DNA from: Buchnera aphidicola (Therioaphis trifolii)
Lineage (GTDB): Bacteria > Pseudomonadota > Gammaproteobacteria > Enterobacterales > Enterobacteriaceae
Reading direction: 5' to 3'
Assembly (NCBI RefSeq): GCF_005080705.1
Contig: NZ_CP032996.1
Coordinates: 270,001 to 302,000 of the forward strand
DNA: 32,000 bases
Shown here: positions 11,586-20,300 of the stretch, piece after piece
Layout of the letters: each line of letters starts with the position of its first letter
Numbering within the stretch: the stretch's first letter is position 1
Made by a program: the position numbers and the translations under genes
Notes under the pieces: generated by a model
The model's input: only the letters and a program-made list of their open reading frames with translations
Told to the model about the DNA's origin: nothing
Databases searched by the model: none

Positions 11586-11691
11586 ATATTTCCTTATAAT
11601 GTCAAATAATATTTATTATTAATAGAAAATAAAAATTATTATTAAAAAATAAAATTAATTCTATTAAAATATTCTTATAATGTTATTTTAA

Positions 11692-12987
11692 TTAAATTAT
11701 ATTATAAAAAAAATTATGATTTTGTTTTAATAATAATTTTGTTATATAATTATCTGATTGTTCTTGTATAAGATGTGCTATTTTTGAATCAATACCTTTA
11801 ATTTCTATTAACATTAAATAAGGAATACAGGCTAATTCTAGTAAAGATGAAAAACCAGATTTGATTAAAATATTAATTATAGAACTTTTAATAGTTAAAT
11901 ATTTATTAAATAAAGAACGAATTCTATAAATTTTCATTTTATTATTATATTTTAAATTATTTTCTGTCATTATATTTAATTCCCAACCACTTAATTTTGA
12001 TACTAATTTTACATTTTGACCATTTTTACCAATTGCTTGTGCTAAATATTTTAATTTTACAATAACATCCATAGCATGAATATTTGAATGTACTATAATA
12101 GATACTACGCGAACAGGAGCCATAGCATTTATTACAAATTGTGCAGGATTATCACTCCATAAAATAATGTCTATTCTTTCCCCATTTAATTCTTTAGAAA
12201 CAGATTGTACTCTAGCTCCTTTAATACCTACAAATGAACCAACTGGATCGATTTTTTTATTATGAGTTTTAACAACAACTTTAGAACGAAAACCAGGATC
12301 TCTAACAATAGCCTGAATTGATACTAAATTTTCCCGCATCTCTGGAACTTCATTATGAAATAATTCAATTAACATTTCTGCTCTAGTACGACTAATAAAT
12401 AATTGAATACGATTAAATTTAGATTTTATTTCATATAAAATACCTCGTACGCGATCTCCAATTGTAAAATATTCATTAGGTAACATATCTTTACGTAAAA
12501 TAATTGCTTCTATATCATTATTTAAATTTAAAATAACATAATCACGATAAATTTTTTTTACAATACCTTGAATTATTTTACCTTTACAATTATGAAATTT
12601 GTTTGAAATCATTGATTGTTCTATTTCTCGTACTTTTTTTATTATAATTTTTTTAGCTGCTTGAGTAGAAATTCTATCAAAATTTATTGAATCAATTTTA
12701 TCTTCAATAAATTCACTTAATTGCACATTTGAATTATGAAAACGAGCTGCTTCTAAAGTAATTTCTTTTGTTGGATTTTTAACTGTATTTACAATCATCC
12801 ATCTACGAAAAGTATCAAAATGACCATTTTTACGATTAATACTTACTCGAATATCAATTTCTTGAGTATATTTTTTTTTTGTTGCTATCATTAATGCATC
12901 TTCTAAAACTTCAAAAATTTTTTCACGAGGTAAAGATTTTAATTTAGAAACTAATTCTACCACTGATAAAATTTCTTTATTTATCAT
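11692..12987 (-). CDS. nusA: transcription termination/antitermination factor NusA (short form ending after AR1)
   Basis: The ORF track starts at a GTG (12993). That GTG lies inside the Shine-Dalgarno-like AGAGGTG. The ATG at 12987 gives MINKEILSVVE.., which aligns with E. coli MNKEILAVVE.., so I prefer 12987. NTD, S1 and KH regions are recognisable. The product is about 431 aa against 495 in E. coli. Confidence 0.93.
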   Translation of the reverse strand: MINKEILSVVELVSKLKSLPREKIFEVLEDALMIATKKKYTQEIDIRVSINRKNGHFDTFRRWMIVNTVKNPTKEITLEAARFHNSNVQLSEFIEDKIDSINFDRISTQAAKKIIIKKVREIEQSMISNKFHNCKGKIIQGIVKKIYRDYVILNLNNDIEAIILRKDMLPNEYFTIGDRVRGILYEIKSKFNRIQLFISRTRAEMLIELFHNEVPEMRENLVSIQAIVRDPGFRSKVVVKTHNKKIDPVGSFVGIKGARVQSVSKELNGERIDIILWSDNPAQFVINAMAPVRVVSIIVHSNIHAMDVIVKLKYLAQAIGKNGQNVKLVSKLSGWELNIMTENNLKYNNKMKIYRIRSLFNKYLTIKSSIINILIKSGFSSLLELACIPYLMLIEIKGIDSKIAHLIQEQSDNYITKLLLKQNHNFFYNII

Positions 12988-13109
12988 ATTCACCTCTAAA
13001 TATTTAATATTATAATAAAATATTATTTTGATTAAATTAATTTTTAAATAAAATTAAATATATTTTTAAAAAATATAAAAAATATCATTATATTTAAAAA
13101 TTATATTTA

Positions 13110-13194
13110 TACCGAGAGTGGGATTTGAACCCACATGCTATATTATAGCACTATCCCCTCAAGATAGCGTGTCTACCTATTTCACCATCTCGGT
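13110..13194 (-). tRNA. leuU: tRNA-Leu (anticodon GAG), no encoded CCA
   Basis: Hand-folded cloverleaf. Acceptor ACCGAGA/TCTCGGT plus discriminator A. Anticodon stem CTATC/GATAG with loop TTGAGGG (GAG). Long variable arm TGCTAT-AAT-ATAGCA. T-arm GTGGG-TTCAAAT-CCCAC. It lies downstream of secG as E. coli leuU does. Confidence 0.9.
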
Positions 13195-13267
13195 TTATTA
13201 TGGATAATAATATAATTAAAATAATTTTTATTTATTATATTTATATTTTTATAAAAAATTATTATAA

Positions 13268-13507
13268 TTATATTAATTTATAAAAATCAAAAATACACAT
13301 TATAATACTAAATATAAAAAATAATATAATAAAAATTTTAGTTAAAGTATTTAATATAGAATCATGATAAATAAAATTCCATATACTAAATTGATAATAA
13401 TTTTTATTAAATTTAAATAAATCATTATAATGTGCAGGATTTAACATAATTAAAGTTATTAAAATAAAACAAATAATAGTAAATATTATAAAAATTAATT
13501 TACACAT
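13268..13507 (-). CDS. secG: preprotein translocase subunit SecG (highly diverged)
   Basis: 79-aa ORF with two hydrophobic segments. ..ITLIMLN.. and ..LTKIFIILFFIFSIIM.. parallel E. coli ..VGLIMLQ.. and ..MTALLATLFFIISLVL... The position upstream of tRNA-Leu(GAG) matches the E. coli secG-leuU operon. Confidence 0.75.
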   Translation of the reverse strand: MCKLIFIIFTIICFILITLIMLNPAHYNDLFKFNKNYYQFSIWNFIYHDSILNTLTKIFIILFFIFSIIMCIFDFYKLI

Positions 13508-13578
13508 AAAATTTTATCTTTATCCTAAAAATTATTTTATAATATAATAAAGTATAATGTTAATAATATTTCAATATT

Positions 13579-13615
13579 TACCTACTATCACTCAAATTTA
13601 ACATAATAGTAGGTA
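13579..13615. repeat. 10-bp perfect hairpin stem with G/C pairs in the ftsH-secG spacer
   Basis: TACCTACTAT (13579..13588) pairs with ATAGTAGGTA (13606..13615) around a 17-nt loop. Function is unknown. It could be an ftsH 3' structure or a secG 5' structure. Confidence 0.6.
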
Positions 13616-13753
13616 TTTATAAATTTATAATTAAATATTATAAAATATATTATCTTTATATATTATAAATAACTATATTATAATTTAATAATATAAAAAA
13701 AATATAAAAAATTTAAATAATATTATTAAAATTATTATTTAATTTTACATATT

Positions 13754-15562
13754 TTATATTTTTTTTCTATTCATTAAATCATCAATTTGCTTAGAATCAA
13801 TTGTTTCATATTTCATTAATGCATCTTTCATTGCATGTAAAATATCTAAATTATCATTTAATATTTTTTTTGCACGATTATAATTTTTTTCAATTAATAA
13901 TTTAATTTCTTGATCAATAATTCTAGATGTTGCATCAGATACATATTTATTATTAGAAAAAACAGGATTAAAAATCATATTATTATCTTCATTATCTGTA
14001 TATAATAAAGGTCCTAATTTTTCAGAAAATCCCCATTTTGTTACCATATTTCGAGCTAAATTTGTAGCAATTTTTATATCATTAACTGATCCAGTAGAAA
14101 CTTGTTTAGTACCATAAATCATTTCTTCTGCTAAACGACCTCCATATAAAGTTGATATTTGACTTTCTAATTTTTGTCTACTTAAACTAATCATATCAGA
14201 TTCAGGTAAAAAAAATGTTACTCCTAAAGCTCTTCCTCTAGGTACAATAGTTACTTTATGTGCAGGATCATGTTCTGGAACTAATCTACCAATAATAACA
14301 TGTCCTGATTCATGATATGCTGTAAATTCTTTTTGAATTTCAGTCATAATCATTGAACGTCTTTCAGAACCAATCATAATTTTATCTTTTGCTTTTTCAA
14401 AATTTGACATTGAAACAAATTTTTGATTAGATCGTGCAGCAAATAATGCAGATTCATTTACTAAATTCGATAAATCTGCTCCAGAAAAACCAGGAGTACT
14501 TCGAGCAAGAACCATAATATCTACATCAGTATTAAGAGGTATATTTTTCATATGAACTTCTAAAATTTTTTTTCTACCTCTAATATCTGGTAATGATACT
14601 ATTACCTGACGATCAAAACGACCAGGTCTTAATAAAGCAGAATCTAAAACATCTGGTCGATTAGTTGCTGCGATTAAAATAATACCTTCATTACCTTCAA
14701 ATCCATCCATTTCAACTAACATTTGATTTAAAGTTTGCTCTCTTTCATCATTACCCCCACCAAAAGCACTACCTCTTTGACGTCCTACAGCGTCAATTTC
14801 ATCAATAAAAATTATACAAGGAGCAATTTTTCTAGCGTGATTAAAAACATCACGAACACGAGATGCACCAACACCAACAAACATTTCTACAAAATCTGAT
14901 CCAGATAATGTTAAAAAAGACACTCTTGCTTCACCTGCAATTGCTTTTGCAAGTAATGTTTTTCCAGTTCCTGGTGGTCCAATCATTAAAACTCCTTTTG
15001 GAATTTTACCACCTAAATTTTGAAATTTTATTGGTTCTTTTAAATATTCTACTAACTCACTTACTTCTTCTTTTGCTTCATCGCATCCTGCAACATCTAA
15101 AAAAGTAATTTTAATTTTTTTATCAGAAAAAATTTTAGTTTTACTTTTTCCAAAAGAATTTATACCTTTACTAACGTTATTTTTAACCTGTTTCATAAAA
15201 TAAAACCAAACACCAATTAATAATAATGTTGGAAACCAAGATATAAATATGGAAAATATAATACTTTGTTTTTTTGGAGCAATACCAGATACAATAATAT
15301 GTTTTAATAAAAGTTTATTTAATAATTTAGGATCATGTATAGGCATATAAGTATTATATTTACTATTATTTTTTTTAATAAAATTAATATGATTTCCATT
15401 AATAGATACTTTTTTTATTTCATTTTTATTCATAATAGATAAAAATGTAGTATAATCAACATCATGTTTTTTATTATTATTAATATTTAATCCAATCAAT
15501 ACACAAATTAGTAAAATTAATATTACTAACCAAAAAAATAAATTTTTAAATATATCACGCAA
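13754..15562 (-). CDS. ftsH: ATP-dependent zinc metalloprotease FtsH
   Basis: 602-aa ORF. Walker [14 protein letters not shown], Walker [10 protein letters not shown], the second region of homology, and zinc motif HESGH are all present. It is very similar to E. coli FtsH throughout. The apparent start is TTG at 15562, 7 nt downstream of GAGGT. There is no in-frame ATG nearby. Confidence 0.97.
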   Translation of the reverse strand: MRDIFKNLFFWLVILILLICVLIGLNINNNKKHDVDYTTFLSIMNKNEIKKVSINGNHINFIKKNNSKYNTYMPIHDPKLLNKLLLKHIIVSGIAPKKQSIIFSIFISWFPTLLLIGVWFYFMKQVKNNVSKGINSFGKSKTKIFSDKKIKITFLDVAGCDEAKEEVSELVEYLKEPIKFQNLGGKIPKGVLMIGPPGTGKTLLAKAIAGEARVSFLTLSGSDFVEMFVGVGASRVRDVFNHARKIAPCIIFIDEIDAVGRQRGSAFGGGNDEREQTLNQMLVEMDGFEGNEGIILIAATNRPDVLDSALLRPGRFDRQVIVSLPDIRGRKKILEVHMKNIPLNTDVDIMVLARSTPGFSGADLSNLVNESALFAARSNQKFVSMSNFEKAKDKIMIGSERRSMIMTEIQKEFTAYHESGHVIIGRLVPEHDPAHKVTIVPRGRALGVTFFLPESDMISLSRQKLESQISTLYGGRLAEEMIYGTKQVSTGSVNDIKIATNLARNMVTKWGFSEKLGPLLYTDNEDNNMIFNPVFSNNKYVSDATSRIIDQEIKLLIEKNYNRAKKILNDNLDILHAMKDALMKYETIDSKQIDDLMNRKKI

Positions 15563-15613
15563 AGCACTAACCTCATTACAATTACAATTATTTTTTAAAA
15601 AATTAGATACATA

Positions 15614-16240
15614 TTATTTTTTAAAACCTCTTGCTAAAATGAAAACTTCACGAGAACAACTACGTGAAGCATTAGGTTTGCAAATTTTTATAATAGAAAA
15701 AAAAGTTCGTAATTTATTTAAAAAATCTTTTACACCTAATCCTTGAAATATTTTTAATAAAAAAACTCCATTATTTGATAATGTAGTTAAAGCAATATTT
15801 AAAGCTAATTTAGATAAAAATAATGATTTGGGAATATCTATAGAAGATATACCAGTTATATTTGGTGACATATCAGACATAATTAAATGAATTTTTTTAT
15901 TTTGAATAAATTTTAATAATTGATTTAATATTTTTGTTTTTAAAATATTACCTTTAAAAAAAAAAACACCAGGAATAGGTTTCATATCATTAATATCACA
16001 TGATATGACACATCCATGTTTACCAATTTTTTTAATAGCATATTTTGACCAACTTCCTGGAGAAGAACCTAAATCAATAACATTCATACCCATTTTAAAT
16101 AAATGATATTTTAAGTTTATATCATGTAATTTAAACCATGCTCGAGAACGAAAATTATTATTATAAGATTGTTTAACAAATGGATCTTTAAAATGTTGTA
16201 ATAACCAACGTTTTGAACTAGAAGATTTTTTTTTTTTCAT
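15614..16240 (-). CDS. rlmE: 23S rRNA U2552 2'-O-ribose methyltransferase
   Basis: 208-aa ORF. ..SSSKRWLLQHF.DPFV.. RSRAWFKL.. VIDLGSSPGSWS.. MSDMSPNITG.. SRSCSREVFILARG aligns with E. coli RlmE/FtsJ. It lies immediately upstream of ftsH as in E. coli. Confidence 0.95.
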   Translation of the reverse strand: MKKKKSSSSKRWLLQHFKDPFVKQSYNNNFRSRAWFKLHDINLKYHLFKMGMNVIDLGSSPGSWSKYAIKKIGKHGCVISCDINDMKPIPGVFFFKGNILKTKILNQLLKFIQNKKIHLIMSDMSPNITGISSIDIPKSLFLSKLALNIALTTLSNNGVFLLKIFQGLGVKDFLNKLRTFFSIIKICKPNASRSCSREVFILARGFKK

Positions 16241-16364
16241 ATAATAATTTAAAAAATATATTTTTTATTAAATTTTTAAATTTATTTTATTAAAAATAAA
16301 TAATATAATATTAAATTATTAATATATTTTTATTTCAATATAAAAAAATATTTATCAATATTTC

Positions 16365-16841
16365 TTAAATATATCTTATATTTAAAATTTTATATTTAAT
16401 AATACCAGAAGGAGTATTTACTGAAACAGTATCTAATATTTTTTTTCCAATTAAACTTCTTGCAATAGGTGAATTTATAGAAATTAATCCATTTTTAAAA
16501 TTAGATTCATCATCTCCAACAATACAAAAAACAAATTTTTTTCCTGTACTTACATTTAATATATCAACAGTTGATCCAAAAACAACTTTTCCAGTAAACA
16601 ATATATTTTTAATATCAATAATTTGAGCATGATACAATTTAGATTCAATTTCTTTAATTCGTTTTTCACAAAATGCTTGTTCTTCTCTTGCTGCGTGATA
16701 TTCAGCATTTTCTTTTAAATCACCATGTTTTCTTGATTCAGAAATCGCATAAATAATTTTTGGTCTAACAACATTTTTTAAATGTCTTAATTCAATATTA
16801 AGTTTTTCAACACCTTTCGCTGTCATTGGAATTTTTTTCAT
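16365..16841 (-). CDS. greA: transcription elongation factor GreA
   Basis: 158-aa [58 protein letters not shown] matches the GreA coiled-coil and C-terminal domains. Confidence 0.95.
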   Translation of the reverse strand: MKKIPMTAKGVEKLNIELRHLKNVVRPKIIYAISESRKHGDLKENAEYHAAREEQAFCEKRIKEIESKLYHAQIIDIKNILFTGKVVFGSTVDILNVSTGKKFVFCIVGDDESNFKNGLISINSPIARSLIGKKILDTVSVNTPSGIIKYKILNIRYI

Positions 16842-17013
16842 AAAATAAATCCTTATTATTAAAATTTTAAAAGATTATAATAATATCATTCATAATATTA
16901 ATTATTATATTATATTAAAAATAAATTATTTTATTCAAATTTTATATTACAAATTAAAATAAAATATTATATTATAATAATAATATAATTATCATAAAAT
17001 AATAAAATTAAAA

Positions 17014-17268
17014 ATGAAAATTGAAAAATTAAAATTACATATTCAAAATAATGTTCCATTAGAAAAAATATATTTAAAAGGTAATAAAGATCATATTCAT
17101 ATTATTGCAATTGGAAATATATTTCAAAATATGAAAAATATAGAAAAACAAAAAATTATTTATAAACCATTAACAAAATATATTATAAAAAAAAAAATTC
17201 ATGCAATTACTATAGAAACTTTTACTATCAAAGAATGGGAAAAAAAAAAAATAAAAAATTATAAATAA
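17014..17268 (+). CDS. ibaG: BolA-family protein IbaG (YrbA)
   Basis: 84-aa ORF, the same length as E. coli IbaG. ..KGNKDHIHIIAIGNIFQNM..IEKQKIIYKPL..YI...IHAITIETFT.KEW parallels E. coli ..[54 protein letters not shown]. Confidence 0.85.
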   Translation: MKIEKLKLHIQNNVPLEKIYLKGNKDHIHIIAIGNIFQNMKNIEKQKIIYKPLTKYIIKKKIHAITIETFTIKEWEKKKIKNYK

Positions 17269-17335
17269 AATTTAAATTTACAGTAAATAATTTTATATAA
17301 AAAATAATACTTTGTCAAAAAAATTTTTAAAAATA

Positions 17336-17400
17336 TTTTTAATTTTTATAATTAATATAATTAATTTTTTAATTAATTATATTAATATAAAAATTAAAAA
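17336..17400. repeat. long imperfect inverted repeat: 30 paired positions, all A/T, one bulge, TTTT loop
   Basis: The left arm is 17336..17366 and the right arm is 17371..17400. There are 16 contiguous pairs (17351..17366 with 17371..17386), a bulged A at 17350, then 14 more pairs (17336..17349 with 17387..17400). Confidence 0.85.
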
Positions 17401-17497
17401 ATAATATTAAATACATTATAATAAAAAAATATAAAGTATTTAAATACTAATAAAAAATAGTTATATCATTTATTTTAATAAAATAAGGAGTATATTT

Positions 17498-17812
17498 ATG
17501 TATGCAATTTTTTCACATGGAGGAAAACAATATACCGCAAAAAAAGGACAAATTATACGATTAGAAAAAATCAATTTTAAAGTAGGATTAAATTTTACAA
17601 TAAATAATATTTTAATGATTGTTAATAATAAAAAAGTTAAAATTGGAAATCCCAATATAATTAATAGTAATATTTTAGGTAATATTATTAGACATGGTAG
17701 AGAAAAAAAAATTAAAATTATAAAATTTAAAAGAAGAAAACACTATAAAAAACAACAAGGACATCGTCAATATTTTACTGAAATCAAAATTATTGATATT
17801 ATATCAAAATAA
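17498..17812 (+). CDS. rplU: 50S ribosomal protein L21
   Basis: 104-aa [27 protein letters not shown].. is L21-like. A strong AAGGAG Shine-Dalgarno sits 7 nt upstream of the ATG. rpmA follows. Confidence 0.96.
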   Translation: MYAIFSHGGKQYTAKKGQIIRLEKINFKVGLNFTINNILMIVNNKKVKIGNPNIINSNILGNIIRHGREKKIKIIKFKRRKHYKKQQGHRQYFTEIKIIDIISK

Positions 17813-17829
17813 TTTTTATAGGAAATATT

Positions 17830-18084
17830 ATGGCACAAAAAAAAGCTGGAGGTTCAACTAGAAATGGACGTGATTCACGTTCTAAAAGATTAGGAATAAA
17901 AAAATTTGGAGGACAATATGTATCTTCAGGATCAATTATTATTAAACAAAGAGGAACTAAATTTCATCCTGGAGATAATACAAAATTAGGAAAAGATCAT
18001 ACAATTTTTGCTCTTAAAAATGGGAGAGTTCAATTTAAAAAAAAAGGATTAAAAAATAAAAAATATGTAAATATCATTATTTAA
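17830..18084 (+). CDS. rpmA: 50S ribosomal protein L27
   Basis: 84-aa [47 protein letters not shown] is the L27 signature. Confidence 0.97.
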   Translation: MAQKKAGGSTRNGRDSRSKRLGIKKFGGQYVSSGSIIIKQRGTKFHPGDNTKLGKDHTIFALKNGRVQFKKKGLKNKKYVNIII

Positions 18085-18117
18085 TGTTTACAATATAAAA
18101 TTATTTATATTTTATTA

Positions 18118-18143
18118 CTCCTTTATTAAAAATAATAAAGGGG
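18118..18143 (+). terminator. hairpin downstream of rpmA (possible attenuating terminator or processing site before obgE)
   Basis: CTCCTTTATTA-AAAA-TAATAAAGGGG: an 11-bp stem including one G-T pair, with a 4-nt loop. It lies 34 nt after the rpmA stop. No T-run follows, so terminator function is uncertain. Confidence 0.4.
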
Positions 18144-18200
18144 AATAATTAAAAACAACATAAATAAAAAAATCAATAATTAATCAAGAGATATTAGTAA

Positions 18201-19211
<1,011 letters not shown>

Positions 19212-19256
19212 ATAATAAAAATAAAATTTGGAATTTATAAATTTAAAAAAAATATA

Positions 19257-19285
19257 AAATCCGGATAGTTATTTATTCCGGATTT
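19257..19285. terminator. hairpin between convergent obgE and rpsI (candidate bidirectional terminator)
   Basis: AAATCCGGA-(11-nt loop)-TCCGGATTT: a 9-bp perfect stem. On the minus strand it lies 31 nt after the rpsI stop and is followed by TATATTTTTTTT. On the plus strand it lies 46 nt after the obgE stop. Confidence 0.6.
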
Positions 19286-19316
19286 AAAATATTATAAAAA
19301 AAATAATATATTTTTA

Positions 19317-19709
19317 TTATCTTTTAGAAAATTGTGGTTTTTTTCTTGCTTTTCTTAATCCAACTTTTTTCCTTTCAACTTGTCTAGAATCTCGAGTAAC
19401 AAAACCAAATTTTCGTAAAATATTTCGAAAATTTGAATCATAATTAATTAATACTCTTGTAATACCTTGTCTAATAGCTCCTGCTTGTCCTGAAATTCCT
19501 CCACCTTTAACAGTAATATAAAAATTAAATTTATTTAACATATTTGTTATTTTTAAAGGTTGTAAGATTATCATACGAGCTGTTTCAACAGGAAAATATT
19601 TTAATAAATCTCTTTTATTAATAATAATATTACCAGTACCTATTTTTAAAAAAACTCGCGCAGAAGAACTTTTACGACGTCCAGTAGCATAATTTTGATA
19701 ATTATTCAT
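19317..19709 (-). CDS. rpsI: 30S ribosomal protein S9
   Basis: The ORF track starts at a TTG (19721), one nt after the rplM stop. The ATG at 19709 gives a 130-aa product, [20 protein letters not shown]... That is the same length as E. coli S9 and aligns with it. The C-terminus ..[12 protein letters not shown] is typical of S9. Confidence 0.94.
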   Translation of the reverse strand: MNNYQNYATGRRKSSSARVFLKIGTGNIIINKRDLLKYFPVETARMIILQPLKITNMLNKFNFYITVKGGGISGQAGAIRQGITRVLINYDSNFRNILRKFGFVTRDSRQVERKKVGLRKARKKPQFSKR

Positions 19710-19722
19710 ATAATATTCCAAA

Positions 19723-20151
19723 TTAAATATTTAAAAGTTGTGGATTTTGTGCTTTATGATTATGACATTCAGAAGGATAAATTTTTAATTTTTTTAACAT
19801 AATACGACCTAATGGTCCTTTTGGTAACATACCTTTTACAGCAATTTTAATAATTTTTTCTGGAAATTTTAAAATCATATCCTGAAAAGAAATTTTTTTC
19901 ATACCACCAATATATCCGCTATGTTTATAATAAATTTTATTTTTAATTTTATTTCCAGTAACAATAATTTTATTAGCATTTATTACAATAATAAAATCTC
20001 CAACATCTATATAAGGAGTATATTCAATTTTATGTTTTCCTTTTAAGTAATGAGATATTTTTGTAGATAATCTTCCTAAAATTTTATTAGTAGCATCTAT
20101 ATAATACCATTTTTTTTTTATATTCTTAATATTTGTAACAAAAGTTTTCAT
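19723..20151 (-). CDS. rplM: 50S ribosomal protein L13
   Basis: 142-aa ORF. MKTF......[38 protein letters not shown] aligns with L13. It lies upstream of rpsI as in E. coli. Confidence 0.96.
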   Translation of the reverse strand: MKTFVTNIKNIKKKWYYIDATNKILGRLSTKISHYLKGKHKIEYTPYIDVGDFIIVINANKIIVTGNKIKNKIYYKHSGYIGGMKKISFQDMILKFPEKIIKIAVKGMLPKGPLGRIMLKKLKIYPSECHNHKAQNPQLLNI

Positions 20152-20300
20152 ATAAAATCCTTAATAAATAATTTTAATAAAAATATATAATATAAAAAAT
20201 TTTAAATAAAAATGAAATATATTGTAATAATAATTTTAAAAATTGAAAATAATATAATATAATTTTAAAAAAATATTTTATATATTATTATATTTAATAA

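Noticed and set aside
11593-11683. 10-bp direct repeat CTTATAATGT at 11593..11602 and 11674..11683, flanking the nusA-infB spacer. A TTGACA also lies on the minus strand at 11605..11600.
   Set aside because: The TTGACA lies only 14 nt upstream of the infB ATG, so there is no room for a -10 hexamer and a leader. One repeat copy simply supplies the infB Shine-Dalgarno (TAAGGA). A single 10-mer repeat in this composition is weak evidence for anything.
14863-15108. 81-aa ORF on the plus strand
   Set aside because: It is antisense to the AAA+ core of ftsH. Its Leu/Gln-rich sequence is just the complement of conserved FtsH codons.
16250-16267. 18-bp palindrome TAAAAAATATATTTTTTA just upstream of the rlmE start. 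Similar 12 to 14-bp A/T palindromes occur at 13617..13630, 17435..17448 and 24969..24990.
   Set aside because: Arms of 6 to 9 bp made only of A and T are expected many times by chance in 3.4 kb of spacer with this composition. Only the elements with 16 and 30 paired positions were kept as findings.
16842-17013. Switch of gene orientation (minus-strand run to the left, mostly plus-strand genes to the right), considered as a possible replication origin
   Set aside because: The spacer has no DnaA-box cluster; the only TTATCC-type matches I saw are inside coding regions (about 18771 and 24291). None of the usual origin-neighbour genes (dnaA, mnmG or similar) lies in the window. The orientation switch is explained by the inversion of the ibaG-obgE block.
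17470-17655. 61-aa ORF on the minus strand
   Set aside because: It is antisense to the rplU Shine-Dalgarno and the first half of rplU. It has no support beyond being open.
20212-20262. 16-codon ORF (MKYIVIIILKIENNII) upstream of pheA, considered as a pheL-like attenuation leader
   Set aside because: It has no Phe codons, whereas E. coli pheL is Phe-rich. No terminator or antiterminator hairpins follow it. Short ORFs like this are expected by chance.
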